Assembly (NCBI GenBank): GCA_048884785.1
Contig: JBHLQM010000023.1
Span: 1-44,961, forward strand
Length of the DNA: 44,961 nt
Reading direction: 5' to 3'
Origin: Candidatus Thorarchaeota archaeon
GTDB lineage: Archaea; Asgardarchaeota; Thorarchaeia; Thorarchaeales; Thorarchaeaceae
Numbering within the stretch: the first letter of the stretch is position 1; each line of letters starts with the position of its first letter. Position numbers and translations under genes: made by a program. Of this stretch, positions 28,123-38,144 are shown piece by piece. The notes beneath the pieces were generated by a model. The model was given only the letters and a program-made list of their open reading frames with translations. It did not search any database and was not told the DNA's origin.

Positions 28123-29253
28123 ATGCCAGACAAGAACAGTGAATTCCTGATTAGGGTTGAACATTTGCGAGCCTGCTACACATCAACAAGAGGGATAGTG
28201 AAGGCAGTTGAAGATGTATCATTCGGAATACGCGAAGGAGAGGCAGTAGGCATAATGGGAGAATCTGGCGCTGGCAAAAGCTCGATAGCCCTCGCAATGT
28301 TAGGTATTTTCGAAAAAGTAGCAAGGTATGGTACGAGTAGCGGTGATGAATCAAATAGGGAATTGTGGGAGCAGAGAAGTGCAGCTCGAAAGAAGGGACT
28401 TACATCAAAGGATATTGGAAAGGAACTTCCAGGGGTGGAAGGCAGTGTATGGTATAAAGGGAAAGACTTGCTGGCTCTTAGCGATAAAGAGTTTAGGAAG
28501 ATTAGAGGGGCAGAGATAACATATGTTCCGCAAAGTACAACAAAATCACTGAATCCCTATACAAACATAGAGCTGCAGACTGCGGAAGCACTCTGGGCCC
28601 ATGATGACGACGATGTTCTATTTGAGAGAGAAGTATTGCGGAGGGTTCTCCAAGCACTGGATCTGGTAGAGCTTGGTGATGTTGATATTAGAAAGGCCCT
28701 AAAACCACGGGAGTTCAGCATGGGTGAAGACCAGCGAATTCTGATAGCCATGGCACTAATTATGAATCCTGTGTTCATGATCTTGGATGAGCCAACAACA
28801 GCACTGGATGTTGGTGTTCAAAGAAGAATCATGGACGCTATTCAGCTTGTTCGTCAGAAGCTCAAACTGACTATGCTATTGTTGAGCAATGACCTCGGGC
28901 TGCATGCTGAGGCCTCAGAACAAATCGGAGTAATGACTGCTGGCCGTCTCGTTGAGTTTGCTGATGCCGCTACTATTCTCAAACGACCTGATCATCCATT
29001 CACTCAAGCATTCTTGATGAGTAATCCCACAATGGAAATGATGCGACGAATCAGAGAAAAAGGTCTCATCTTGAGGGGTATTCCAGGAGCACCACCGGAT
29101 ATGTCTAAACCCCCGTCAGGGTGTGTATTTCATCCTAGATGCGAATTCTGTGAGGAAAGATGCAAGACGGAGATTCCGGAGTATCGGCTTGTAGATAAGG
29201 AGCACTGGATAGCCTGCCACAGATATGGGGAACTGCCCCAATTTGAACTATAA
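28123..29253 (+). CDS. Stand-alone DppD/OppD-like ABC ATPase with degenerate signature and H-loop
   Basis: GESGAGKS, MILDEPTTALD and C-terminal CVFHPRC..C...C...CH. Signature reads FSMGEDQR and the H-loop reads LSND. Confidence 0.9.
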   Translation: MPDKNSEFLIRVEHLRACYTSTRGIVKAVEDVSFGIREGEAVGIMGESGAGKSSIALAMLGIFEKVARYGTSSGDESNRELWEQRSAARKKGLTSKDIGKELPGVEGSVWYKGKDLLALSDKEFRKIRGAEITYVPQSTTKSLNPYTNIELQTAEALWAHDDDDVLFEREVLRRVLQALDLVELGDVDIRKALKPREFSMGEDQRILIAMALIMNPVFMILDEPTTALDVGVQRRIMDAIQLVRQKLKLTMLLLSNDLGLHAEASEQIGVMTAGRLVEFADAATILKRPDHPFTQAFLMSNPTMEMMRRIREKGLILRGIPGAPPDMSKPPSGCVFHPRCEFCEERCKTEIPEYRLVDKEHWIACHRYGELPQFEL

Positions 29254-29254
29254 A

Positions 29255-29788
29255 TCAGAATTGAATTGAATCAGTTAGAAACCCATGAATGAGATTTGCA
29301 ACTGAATCAATAGCGAGGCTCCAGCTGTCAACATCTTCTTCTGTCAATTCTGGCGCGCCTATCATTCGTCGGATCTTTGCTATCTGTCCTGTGTGATATA
29401 TCCCATGCATGAATGTTCGAAGTAATGCCCAAGCAACGGAAGGGCCTCCTTCAGGCGAGGGAGGGATTATTCGTAATTGCTCAATGCTACATGTGTTCAC
29501 AACTTCTGCGATTCGCTCTGTATTGTCATCCAACTTCTTCAGGGCAATATCGAGGTCCGTGGCTTCAAATCTCGGACCGATTGAATGTGCGCTTTTGTGA
29601 AACCAATAGGTCTCGGCACTTCCTATATGCCATAGTAAAGCCAGTATACTCTCTAGTCGCTCACCTGGAGATACTACTTTCATAATCTGTTCGCTGGTAA
29701 GCCCATTGATAATTCTCTTTAGATGCCTTCTCTGATTGTTATGAGCTTCAATAAGCATCATTCTGAACCATTCCTCGTCCATATGCAA
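29255..29788 (-). CDS. DinB/YfiT family protein
   Basis: LLWHIGSAETYW and HGIYHTGQI, giving the three-His metal triad. Confidence 0.88.
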   Translation of the reverse strand: MHMDEEWFRMMLIEAHNNQRRHLKRIINGLTSEQIMKVVSPGERLESILALLWHIGSAETYWFHKSAHSIGPRFEATDLDIALKKLDDNTERIAEVVNTCSIEQLRIIPPSPEGGPSVAWALLRTFMHGIYHTGQIAKIRRMIGAPELTEEDVDSWSLAIDSVANLIHGFLTDSIQF

Positions 29789-29829
29789 ACCTCAAATATC
29801 ATGCGACTTCTTTGGTTCAATTAATCCAG

Positions 29830-30957
29830 CTACTTGTTCTTTGTGATAATCTCCACATCATAATCTTCAGACCCCAAACCCATCTTTATTCCGTGCTGAA
29901 AGAACAAAGTCGATTTCTTAATCAAACCATCTACTTTTTCTGATGATTCTGCAAGATGATTTCTAGGAGCTTTTGCGAAAGCCTCTGCCGTTGCCATATC
30001 AATGGCGAGAGGATTTCTTGAGGCAAAAACACCAACATCATGCATCAAGAGGGGAGCTCCATAAGAAACACAATCACACATATCGGATATGTCTATTGCG
30101 AGATTGATAAAATAGAATCTTTCCGGTCCTATCGCTCTCAATACCCCAAGCGTGTTCTCAACAATCTTCTCTGCCATATTCTCTCCAGACCAAGTTAGCT
30201 TGAGAGCTCCCGCACGTACTTCACCAGAGCAGATTGATGAGCAATGTCCACATTGGATACATTGATTCATATCAACAGCCACAGTTTCAGTCACACTAAT
30301 GCAGCGTACTGGACATTTTGGAATACACTTAGAACACTGTTTCCCCTTACAATTCTTCGGAAATATCTCTAATCCCTTCTGAGAGTGTACTGCGGCTTTC
30401 CCCTTTTTTGCAACCAATCCAACTCCCACGTTCTTCAAGGCACTTGCTATACCAACATGATGAAACTTCGAATGCGAAAGAACAATGATTTTATCTGCAT
30501 CAAGAAGCGCTGCAGGAATTGGCACACTGTTCAGGAAATCTCCTTCTATCTCGAATTCAATAAAATCAGCACCCCAATAGCCATCTGCAATAATGATTGG
30601 AGCGCCGATTGTTCCTTGAGAATATCCATGCATCGCAGCCCTGTAATAGTAGTCAGGGGAAGTGGTTCTGCCTCCATAGGGACGATCAGTCCCATAGCCC
30701 AAGCTGCAGGTATCTGCAACTATCGGTAACCCTCCAGTATTTTGAACCAAGTCTACAAGTTTTCTTACATATGCAGGACGAATATGGTTAGTGTTCCCCC
30801 AAAGACCCATGTGTGTTTTGATTATTACCTTTTCAGATTCTCGAATATCACTATTCAGTCCAAGTTTTTCGAAAACATGTTCGACTTTGTCGAGCATATT
30901 ATAATATGCGCTAGTATTTCGATCCGAGAAATATACCTTAGATGTTCTCATGATCAT
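29830..30957 (-). CDS. DUF362 domain Fe-S protein with ferredoxin-like insert
   Basis: SKVYF, IKTHMG, SHSKFH, LKNVGVG, CSKCIPKCP, CIQCGHCSSIC, CDC, PLAID. Start ATG 30957 or 30951. Confidence 0.88.
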   Translation of the reverse strand: MIMRTSKVYFSDRNTSAYYNMLDKVEHVFEKLGLNSDIRESEKVIIKTHMGLWGNTNHIRPAYVRKLVDLVQNTGGLPIVADTCSLGYGTDRPYGGRTTSPDYYYRAAMHGYSQGTIGAPIIIADGYWGADFIEFEIEGDFLNSVPIPAALLDADKIIVLSHSKFHHVGIASALKNVGVGLVAKKGKAAVHSQKGLEIFPKNCKGKQCSKCIPKCPVRCISVTETVAVDMNQCIQCGHCSSICSGEVRAGALKLTWSGENMAEKIVENTLGVLRAIGPERFYFINLAIDISDMCDCVSYGAPLLMHDVGVFASRNPLAIDMATAEAFAKAPRNHLAESSEKVDGLIKKSTLFFQHGIKMGLGSEDYDVEIITKNK

Positions 30958-31155
30958 ACCCTTGAGATTGGTGAAACAACCTCTGTATAAAGGATTCCAG
31001 TGCCATGATTGCGTCGATTTACGAAAAAAGGAACCTCTAGGTTCCATTTTGTGCATAGTTGAGTGTGAAATTTGCCAACTTGGTACCTTGCGTGATGACG
31101 CGAATAGATATGCATTCTATGAGCTAGAGGTACTTGACAAGAAACGACTGCAAAA

Positions 31156-31280
31156 CTGCTCCGATGCGGAGCAGAAAGCCTATTCTTTGTCGTCCCACCG
31201 ATTCTCTCTCAAAGGTGGTCCCGGTGACAATTTGTGTTAGCGTGATCATCCCCGTCCGGGACCACCAACTCCTCCCATAT
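31156..31280 (-). other. Structured intergenic element (two stem-loops plus repeated motif); candidate ncRNA or leader
   Basis: GGTGGTCCCGG (31214-31224) pairs with CCGGGACCACC (31256-31266); CTGCTCCG-atg-CGGAGCAG at 31156-31174. Confidence 0.4.
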
Positions 31281-31298
31281 TCTGTTTTTGTGTTCCTG

Positions 31299-32363
31299 CT
31301 ATGGTATGTCTTGTGTTAGAAAAACATTCTCCACTAGCAGAAGAGCTGCAAGTTCTCCTGTTAATGGACGCATCTTCTGATGGACTCTCTCACTAAATAG
31401 AAGTTCAAATTTTTCAGTAAAATCGTCGATTTTTTCGAGCAGAATCCCATATGCTGCTCTTGCCACCAGAGCGGTCACAATGCTATTTCCATGCGAAAAC
31501 AAAATCTCTGTTGGTCCAATTGATACTCTCCTAAATCCTTCCTCTGATTCCGTAACTTCTTTCAGCAAATCTTGAAATCCTGAAATACCTGCCGCCGCTA
31601 AATCTTCGTCTATCTTTGTCCATTCCTGGAATCTATGGTGAAACATGAGGATTCCTCCATCTGCAATTACATAGATCTCATGGATTTGGTCAGCCCAATC
31701 TAGCTCATCATAAGCTGGAGATTGCAGAATTGAGCCTCCAAACATCATTATTCCAATCATAAGAAAGAAAATTCCCAGCAAATAGTATTCAGCACCTATT
31801 TCTCTTAGAATTATTTCATTACGAAGAATAAAGCCAACGAAGCCTAATAGAACTCCCGAAAATAATAGTCTGTAGCTCAATTTCGTGCTTTCAGTTGTAT
31901 ATGTTTTGAAATAACGAAAGAACATCAGTAGCAAAATGAATAGCATAGCTCCGAATCCAAATGCCATAATTCTCATGAGATTCTGAGGCACAAATATCGT
32001 GAAACATGCAATAATGAATCCGAATATTGTAAAGAGATATCGAGTCTGATATGGGAGTATTCTTTCAAGTGCAAAAAAGAATCCTGTCACAGCAAACATC
32101 ATTGAGATGTATCCCATCTTGATGAATAAGGTATACTCGCTTTCTCCCAGAATAAGAACATCTGATATTAAGAAGCTAAGTGTGTTTATCCCAAGGCCTA
32201 GAACGAATATAGCCCATGCAAGACGAATATCCACAATTTTGCGTAGTGGACTCTTTGCCCATGCAACAATAAGATATAGTGCAAAGAAAACCGAATAGAA
32301 AACAACACCTGCTGCCAGGAAGATTGTAGCATCCCTAAGCATTCCAGGTTCAATGAGTTGCAT
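31299..32363 (-). CDS. Multi-TM (about 7) membrane protein with C-terminal longin-like domain
   Basis: About seven hydrophobic helices, then IHEIYVIADGGILMF...DEDLAAAGISGFQDLLKEV...ILFSHG.SIVTALVA...LLEKIDDFTEKFE. GAGGAG before ATG 32363. Confidence 0.75.
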   Translation of the reverse strand: MQLIEPGMLRDATIFLAAGVVFYSVFFALYLIVAWAKSPLRKIVDIRLAWAIFVLGLGINTLSFLISDVLILGESEYTLFIKMGYISMMFAVTGFFFALERILPYQTRYLFTIFGFIIACFTIFVPQNLMRIMAFGFGAMLFILLLMFFRYFKTYTTESTKLSYRLLFSGVLLGFVGFILRNEIILREIGAEYYLLGIFFLMIGIMMFGGSILQSPAYDELDWADQIHEIYVIADGGILMFHHRFQEWTKIDEDLAAAGISGFQDLLKEVTESEEGFRRVSIGPTEILFSHGNSIVTALVARAAYGILLEKIDDFTEKFELLFSERVHQKMRPLTGELAALLLVENVFLTQDIP

Positions 32364-32509
32364 TCCTATATCTCCTCGTCTGCGAATCAAGAATCAATAA
32401 CAACATCTAGAACAGCAATTAAGAGGTTTATCATGATGAATGGTATGGTGTCCTGCTCAATCAACGGATTTTAAAAGCAGACCAATGGGGGATTACTAAT
32501 GTGTGACAT

Positions 32510-33589
32510 ATGCCCGATGATGAAGTTCTTCTGAATGTAAAACACTTGCATGCATACTATCCCTCCAGAAAGGGCCTCATCAAGGCTGTGAGAGATGTAT
32601 CATTTAGAGTGAAGCCTGGAGTCTGTTTAGGAATTCTTGGAGAGAGTGGTTGTGGGAAGACCTCAATGGCTCTATCCCTTGTTGGTCTCTTCAATCGAAT
32701 GGCCAAGTTTGTGGCAGGTGCATCCTCAACACCAGGATTGTTGACCGAGTTTGAGAAAGAGGGAGAGGAAAAAGCGGGCGCAAGAGGGCAAGTCTTCTTC
32801 AGGGGAAGGGACATATTGCAGCTAGATAATGAAGAACTTGTTAAGATACGGGGAAAAGAAATCTCGATGATCCCTCAGGGACTCACACACGCTTTGAATC
32901 CACAGTACTCGATTGGAATGCAAACGGGAGAGCCATTGGAAATACATGATGATAGTGTCCGGCTTATTGAGATGAAGAAAAAGGTACTAGAATATCTTAA
33001 TCTTGTTCGCCTTGCAGATTCCGGAACTAGATTTGTAATGGACCCTGGGAGTTTCAGTGGCGGAGAGGCTCAGCGTATCTTGATTGCCATGGCATTGATA
33101 TCAGGACCATATCTTGTGATTGCAGATGAGCCAACAAGCGCGCTAGATGTTACTATCCAGAGGCAAATTATGAATGTACTTCACATGATAAAAGAGGAGT
33201 TTGACGTTTCTATCATTTTAATCAGCCATGATGCTGGAGTAATTGCAGAACTAGCTGACAGGGTTGCTGTGATGTATGCCGGTAGGATGATGGAGATTGG
33301 TGATGCAGTTCAGATGTTTCATCATCCCTCTCATCCATATACAATGGGATTGATGGGTTCATTTCCGACTATTGCAATGATGAGAATGCGCGAAACCGGA
33401 AAGAGACCCACATTAAGAGGAATTAGAGGAGAACCGCCTGATATCACAAATCTACCAGAGGGTTGTCCTTTTCATCCGCGCTGTGATTACTCAGCTGATA
33501 TCTGCATTAGGGAGTTTCCAGAGTTCAGAGAAGTTGAAACTGATCATTGGATAAGTTGTCATCGTTACGGTGAAATATCTGAAGAATAA
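32510..33589 (+). CDS. Stand-alone DppD/OppD-like ABC ATPase
   Basis: [37 protein letters not shown]...C...CH. Confidence 0.92.
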   Translation: MPDDEVLLNVKHLHAYYPSRKGLIKAVRDVSFRVKPGVCLGILGESGCGKTSMALSLVGLFNRMAKFVAGASSTPGLLTEFEKEGEEKAGARGQVFFRGRDILQLDNEELVKIRGKEISMIPQGLTHALNPQYSIGMQTGEPLEIHDDSVRLIEMKKKVLEYLNLVRLADSGTRFVMDPGSFSGGEAQRILIAMALISGPYLVIADEPTSALDVTIQRQIMNVLHMIKEEFDVSIILISHDAGVIAELADRVAVMYAGRMMEIGDAVQMFHHPSHPYTMGLMGSFPTIAMMRMRETGKRPTLRGIRGEPPDITNLPEGCPFHPRCDYSADICIREFPEFREVETDHWISCHRYGEISEE

Positions 33590-33592
33590 GGT

Positions 33593-33613
33593 GTGAGCGC
33601 TCGTAGCGCTCAC
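33593..33613. terminator. Inverted repeat directly after the ATPase stop
   Basis: GTGAGCGCT-cgt-AGCGCTCAC, 9-bp stem. Confidence 0.5.
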
Positions 33614-33832
33614 GAAGGGATTTTACCTCATCGAATCACCGGAGCATGAGAGAACCATGATTAAAGGAGGTATACGAAGGAGAGATTAACCGTAGCTCTT
33701 CGACGCCTTATTTCCTGTTTTGTCCCACCCAATCCTCCCGGCTAGGACGTAAATGATGTAATACCTAGATATATACATCTTTTGCGACCGGCCCAATTCT
33801 GGTCACCTGTGGCGCCATTTAGCAAATTCGGA

Positions 33833-34687
33833 CTAAAACTCCAAGTTGAAGGTCAGTTCGAATTTAGTATAGACATCTTCAAAGCCACACTCACTATATG
33901 GTTTCAGCCAAATATGACCTGCATCTATCTCAGTTAAGACATCACGGACTCCTGAATCGTATAATTGCTCAAGAGCTGCGTTTAGGAACCAAGAGGGAGT
34001 GGGTTTTGAATTGAATGAAGAAGGAAATATCCAGGCCTGCTTTTTCAGACTATCAGATAGATAGACATCGATTGACGTGTCTTTTGACTTCGATTCAGAG
34101 AATGTATAGGCATGGTAGTAGGCAGCAGAGAAACTCTCCAAGATTGACTGTATTTGATACATGGAATGAAATGGCAGAATCGCCGGAGATACAGTGTCTT
34201 CAGGAATGCTTTCTGTGATTTTTCCATCAATGGTATTCGGAGGCTTTGACATAAAGCATCTTGACACAACTCTGCTTCTTCCTGGGATGAAGAGAAATTC
34301 ACCAAGAACATCTAATGAAGTTGAATTATTGAGGTTCATCCAAGCTGATACAAGAGAGAGTTTCTTATCCCTTGCATTCTCCAGAAGTATTTCGATTAGT
34401 GTTGACCCAGTGTACGATCTAAACGGGAGAACACAAAAATCAATGATATTAAGAGTGCCCTCATTATAGTCAAATAGGTAGCTACCTATTGCAGAGGGAC
34501 GTTCACCTTCAATTACAACTACATATTCAACTCCAAAATGGCGAAGAGCTTCTACGATTTTTAGGAGAGTCCTTTTTGCCAAAGGTATGTATCTAATGCT
34601 TTTTTTCATTACACGATTATAGACCTCGGCCCAGCCATCTGAATTTTCTGAGGTCAGTTTTTCAATTATAGTGTTCTTCAACCCCAA
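33833..34687 (-). CDS. Probable tandem GNAT-fold protein
   Basis: IIDFCVLPFRSYTGSTLIEILL resembles motif A; C-terminal KPYSECGF. Confidence 0.6.
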   Translation of the reverse strand: MGLKNTIIEKLTSENSDGWAEVYNRVMKKSIRYIPLAKRTLLKIVEALRHFGVEYVVVIEGERPSAIGSYLFDYNEGTLNIIDFCVLPFRSYTGSTLIEILLENARDKKLSLVSAWMNLNNSTSLDVLGEFLFIPGRSRVVSRCFMSKPPNTIDGKITESIPEDTVSPAILPFHSMYQIQSILESFSAAYYHAYTFSESKSKDTSIDVYLSDSLKKQAWIFPSSFNSKPTPSWFLNAALEQLYDSGVRDVLTEIDAGHIWLKPYSECGFEDVYTKFELTFNLEF

Positions 34688-34792
34688 TCATATCCTGCTG
34701 TCACTGATTGTCTTTTCAATATTACCCAGTTAGTTGGTCCCGAATCATACGCCAACCAAAAGACCTATTCGTGCTCTGAATTTTGTGAAACT

Positions 34793-35638
34793 GTGCAATC
34801 TACAATCCCATTTCAAAAGAGCGCGATCGAGAGTTTCGAGTTAAATAATGGAGTATCATTTCATTTGGCAAAAGATCAAATAGAGCAGATTGACACCTCT
34901 GGCGCGACTTACTTATCTTATGAACAGCTTGCTCTTGCGGCAGATGCAATAGCAAGTCCGAGGGATTTCGAGAATCATGCTGAACATGTGACTGAGCAAT
35001 TGGAACCGTTATCATGTGCCCTTTTTGTTTTCAATCCTGCAGTTTGGAGAATTATGGAGAGAAAGCAGGATTCCCCGAACACGATGCTCCCAACAGCCAC
35101 AATTCCATGGTTCTATTGGAAGCATGGGGCTATCACTACGAGCAACCCTCATGGAGTCAGAAGAGATGCACTTACGTCAGGCAAACTGAATGTCGTTCCA
35201 AGCCATCATCTGGAAATTTCCGGACCGGGCGGCGATTTCTGTGGGATTCTAGAGGGTAAGATTGTGGAACAAGAAGTTGGCCCAAGGGCGATAATTGCAC
35301 CAACCTTTCCTGGTTCGGATACCATGGTACCAAAGTACGAACCACGAGATATCTCAGTGCGAGTATCACTTGATAAAATAGATGCAAGACTCTACCCTAG
35401 TCCGAGGAACGATGTTGACTATGCATTCTGTGAACATCCAAGAGTTTTCTTTGAGCATGGATTCTCAATAAAGATTGATGGTTCAGGGGTTCGACTTAGA
35501 GTTGACAAGAGAAGAGAACAGAACCTCTTTGGAGAAACTTTGCTGCTGGTGGGCAGAAAATGGCAGAAAGAAGCCCTTCCTGAAGCCATTTTGGCATATC
35601 ATATATGGTTGGCGGCACTTTTCAAAATTATCACGTAA
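34793..35638 (+). CDS. Hypothetical soluble protein
   Basis: 281-aa ORF filling the gap; no recognised motif. Confidence 0.7.
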   Translation: MQSTIPFQKSAIESFELNNGVSFHLAKDQIEQIDTSGATYLSYEQLALAADAIASPRDFENHAEHVTEQLEPLSCALFVFNPAVWRIMERKQDSPNTMLPTATIPWFYWKHGAITTSNPHGVRRDALTSGKLNVVPSHHLEISGPGGDFCGILEGKIVEQEVGPRAIIAPTFPGSDTMVPKYEPRDISVRVSLDKIDARLYPSPRNDVDYAFCEHPRVFFEHGFSIKIDGSGVRLRVDKRREQNLFGETLLLVGRKWQKEALPEAILAYHIWLAALFKIIT

Positions 35639-35695
35639 TAAGCCGCCGGATATTTTAAAGAGAGTGAGAACTTAGTAAAAACATAAACTAAAGAG

Positions 35696-36451
35696 TTGAT
35701 GTATCTGGAACTAGCTATTACATCCCTTGCCACTGGGATGGTTATACTTCTCTATTCACTCTGGAGAGCGAGAAGGATTCCAGAATACTCCAGGATTATA
35801 GATTCAGTGCAGCACGATTATGAAATTAGTGTGACTCCAGTAGGAGATGCTAGTATGTATGAACAGAGTGTTGCACGCCAATGGATAATGGATAACATAG
35901 TGAGAAAGAAGCATGGGAGGATTATTGGCCGATTACAGGCGCATCTATGTGATAACACCATTATCGCTTTCCTCTGGATTGGATTTGGAGCCGGAATTGC
36001 CGGGTTTGTACTAGCCTTCATTCTCATCAAATCAGTTGAGGCTGCAGGAGCTTCACTTCTTTTCTTTGCAATTGCTGTATTTACAGCTCTTGGGCCAGGA
36101 GATGCAAAAACCTCCGAAGAGCTCCTAAATCATCTAAGTCAATCACTGAAACACCAATTACGCAGTGAGGATTTGCCATATGCTCAAGTCGCACTGAACT
36201 ATATCAAAAAATGGACAATCATCTCGTTCTCAATTGGAATTCTTTTGATCGCGATTTCACCCTGGGCTGATTTATTACCATTTGCAATTGCGACAGTAGT
36301 TGCAGTATTCTCCGAGTTTGTTTTCTGGCGACCAGCACTGTTTTTGGCTGGAATCTGGATGCCATTAACGATATTTTATCTAGCAACAGTGTTTCCATTC
36401 ATTATCTACTTGCTCCTCTACGCTCGCATTAGAATGACAGAAAAACCCTGA
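35696..36451 (+). CDS. Hypothetical membrane protein
   Basis: Five to six hydrophobic segments. Confidence 0.72.
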   Translation: MMYLELAITSLATGMVILLYSLWRARRIPEYSRIIDSVQHDYEISVTPVGDASMYEQSVARQWIMDNIVRKKHGRIIGRLQAHLCDNTIIAFLWIGFGAGIAGFVLAFILIKSVEAAGASLLFFAIAVFTALGPGDAKTSEELLNHLSQSLKHQLRSEDLPYAQVALNYIKKWTIISFSIGILLIAISPWADLLPFAIATVVAVFSEFVFWRPALFLAGIWMPLTIFYLATVFPFIIYLLLYARIRMTEKP

Positions 36452-36491
36452 AACCTTGCTGAGGAAGAAATGGCCCATCTATGTCCGGGTC

Positions 36492-36830
36492 TTAAATCAA
36501 ACCTTCGAGAATACTAAATAGAATGGCGAAAAGGAGAACAAAAAGCGATGAGAACAGAATTTTCTTTCCTCGTAGAGTCCATTTCCAGCTGGACACTGGC
36601 TTGCCTTCCTCATCATATCTTTTCTTGTCGTCGAGAGGTTGTCGTGACATAAGGCAGGCGCCTAGAATCAGCATGACTCCAAATTCAAATAGGAGGTAGC
36701 TAGCGGCTGTGGCCAGCATTAGTATAGATGCATTTGTCAGAAAGACTAGAAACGAAATTAGTAATGTGATTACTACTAAGATACTGCTTATGACAAGCGG
36801 TTCCATTATACTGGCATTAAGGGCTGGCAT
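36492..36830 (-). CDS. Small 3-TM membrane protein, downstream of the dpp operon
   Basis: Hydrophobic; GAGG upstream; 14 nt from the previous gene. Confidence 0.7.
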   Translation of the reverse strand: MPALNASIMEPLVISSILVVITLLISFLVFLTNASILMLATAASYLLFEFGVMLILGACLMSRQPLDDKKRYDEEGKPVSSWKWTLRGKKILFSSLFVLLFAILFSILEGLI

Positions 36831-36844
36831 TGGATAGCAATCCT

Positions 36845-37066
36845 CTATACAAGTAATGAGAATATGAGTACAAAGGCGAAGAGAACGGCTATGAGGATAA
36901 CAAGAGGAAGGAAGACCGTTTGAAGGGCAGCGACGAATAGAGCAAGATAATCTGTTGCGTCAAGAGATACCTGTCCTTGTTCTGCTTCGTCATAATAGCG
37001 ATATGAATCCCAATCGGGTTCTTTCGGTTCCCTGGTGTCTTCATAGTCATCGTAATTTTCGCCCAT
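36845..37066 (-). CDS. Small membrane protein with acidic N-terminus, downstream of dppF
   Basis: D/E/Y-rich N-terminal half plus a hydrophobic C-terminal segment. Confidence 0.7.
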   Translation of the reverse strand: MGENYDDYEDTREPKEPDWDSYRYYDEAEQGQVSLDATDYLALFVAALQTVFLPLVILIAVLFAFVLIFSLLV

Positions 37067-37112
37067 TTCCGTTCACTCATGTAGCACATTTCACTCTTTA
37101 ATGACACGGTAT

Positions 37113-38144
37113 TCATGCAGTAGCTCTGTCAAAGCTGTCCGCATATTCCTGTTGAGCGCTACCACCAAAGTCCAACTCACCTGCAAAGTGACAAGCGACC
37201 AGATGTCCATCGCCAGTATCCCTTAGTTCTGGGTCAACTCGCATGCATTTTTCTTGAGCGAATATGCATCGAGGGTGAAATCTGCACCCAGGTGGCGGGT
37301 TTATTGGACTCGGAACTTCTCCGGATAGTATCTGGGCTTTTCCTGCAAATATCGGATCAGGAATGGGTACTGCAGATACGAGAGCGAAGGTGTAAGGATG
37401 CAACGATTCCCTAAAAATGTCATAGGGAGTTAGTTCTACTATTTTCCCTAAATACATCACAGCAACCCTGTCACTCATATGTTTAACAACACTCAAATCA
37501 TGAGAAATGAACATGTAAGTCAAATCCATTTCTTCCTGAAGGTCCTTCATCAGATTCAGAGTTTGAGCCTGAACCGATACATCAGTACTCGAAGTAGGCT
37601 CATCCATCACTACAAATTTGGGATTGAGTGCCAGTGCTCTTGCAATACAGATACGTTGCCTTTGTCCTCCACTGAATTCATGGGGAAATCTATTGAGGTG
37701 ATCCTCAGTCAGTCCAACTTTCTGCAGGAGATCTAAGACCATTGCCCTCATCTTGGGGCCACGAGCAACTCCATTGACAACTAACGGTTCGCCCACAGAG
37801 TTCTTGATGGTGATTCGAGGATTTAGTGAAGCCATGGGATCTTGAAAAACAATCTGCATCTCTCTCCGAATCTCACGAAGGTCTCCGCCGCGTAAATGAG
37901 TGATGTCTCTTCCGTCAAACTCGATACTGCCACTTGTTGGCTCCAGAAGTCGAAGAATTGTGCGACCCAAGGTAGTCTTGCCACATCCGCTCTCACCAAC
38001 AATTCCAACTGTTTCACCCTTCCTTATGTCGAGGTCGATGTTGTCCACAGCATGAACTCTGCCGATGACCTTTCTGAAAACTCCACCAGTTAGTGGGAAG
38101 TACTTCTTTAATTCCCGGATTCTTACAAGGTTTTTCTCCGACAT
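37113..38144 (-). CDS. dppF: Peptide ABC transporter ATPase, DppF/OppF type
   Basis: [41 protein letters not shown]; abuts the dppD stop. Confidence 0.93.
   Translation of the reverse strand: MSEKNLVRIRELKKYFPLTGGVFRKVIGRVHAVDNIDLDIRKGETVGIVGESGCGKTTLGRTILRLLEPTSGSIEFDGRDITHLRGGDLREIRREMQIVFQDPMASLNPRITIKNSVGEPLVVNGVARGPKMRAMVLDLLQKVGLTEDHLNRFPHEFSGGQRQRICIARALALNPKFVVMDEPTSSTDVSVQAQTLNLMKDLQEEMDLTYMFISHDLSVVKHMSDRVAVMYLGKIVELTPYDIFRESLHPYTFALVSAVPIPDPIFAGKAQILSGEVPSPINPPPGCRFHPRCIFAQEKCMRVDPELRDTGDGHLVACHFAGELDFGGSAQQEYADSFDRATA

Noticed and set aside
31214-31266. SECIS element / selenoprotein hypothesis
   Set aside because: The flanking genes have no in-frame TGA at a catalytic position, and the spacing of AUGA/AA/GA does not give a proper SECIS helix by eye.
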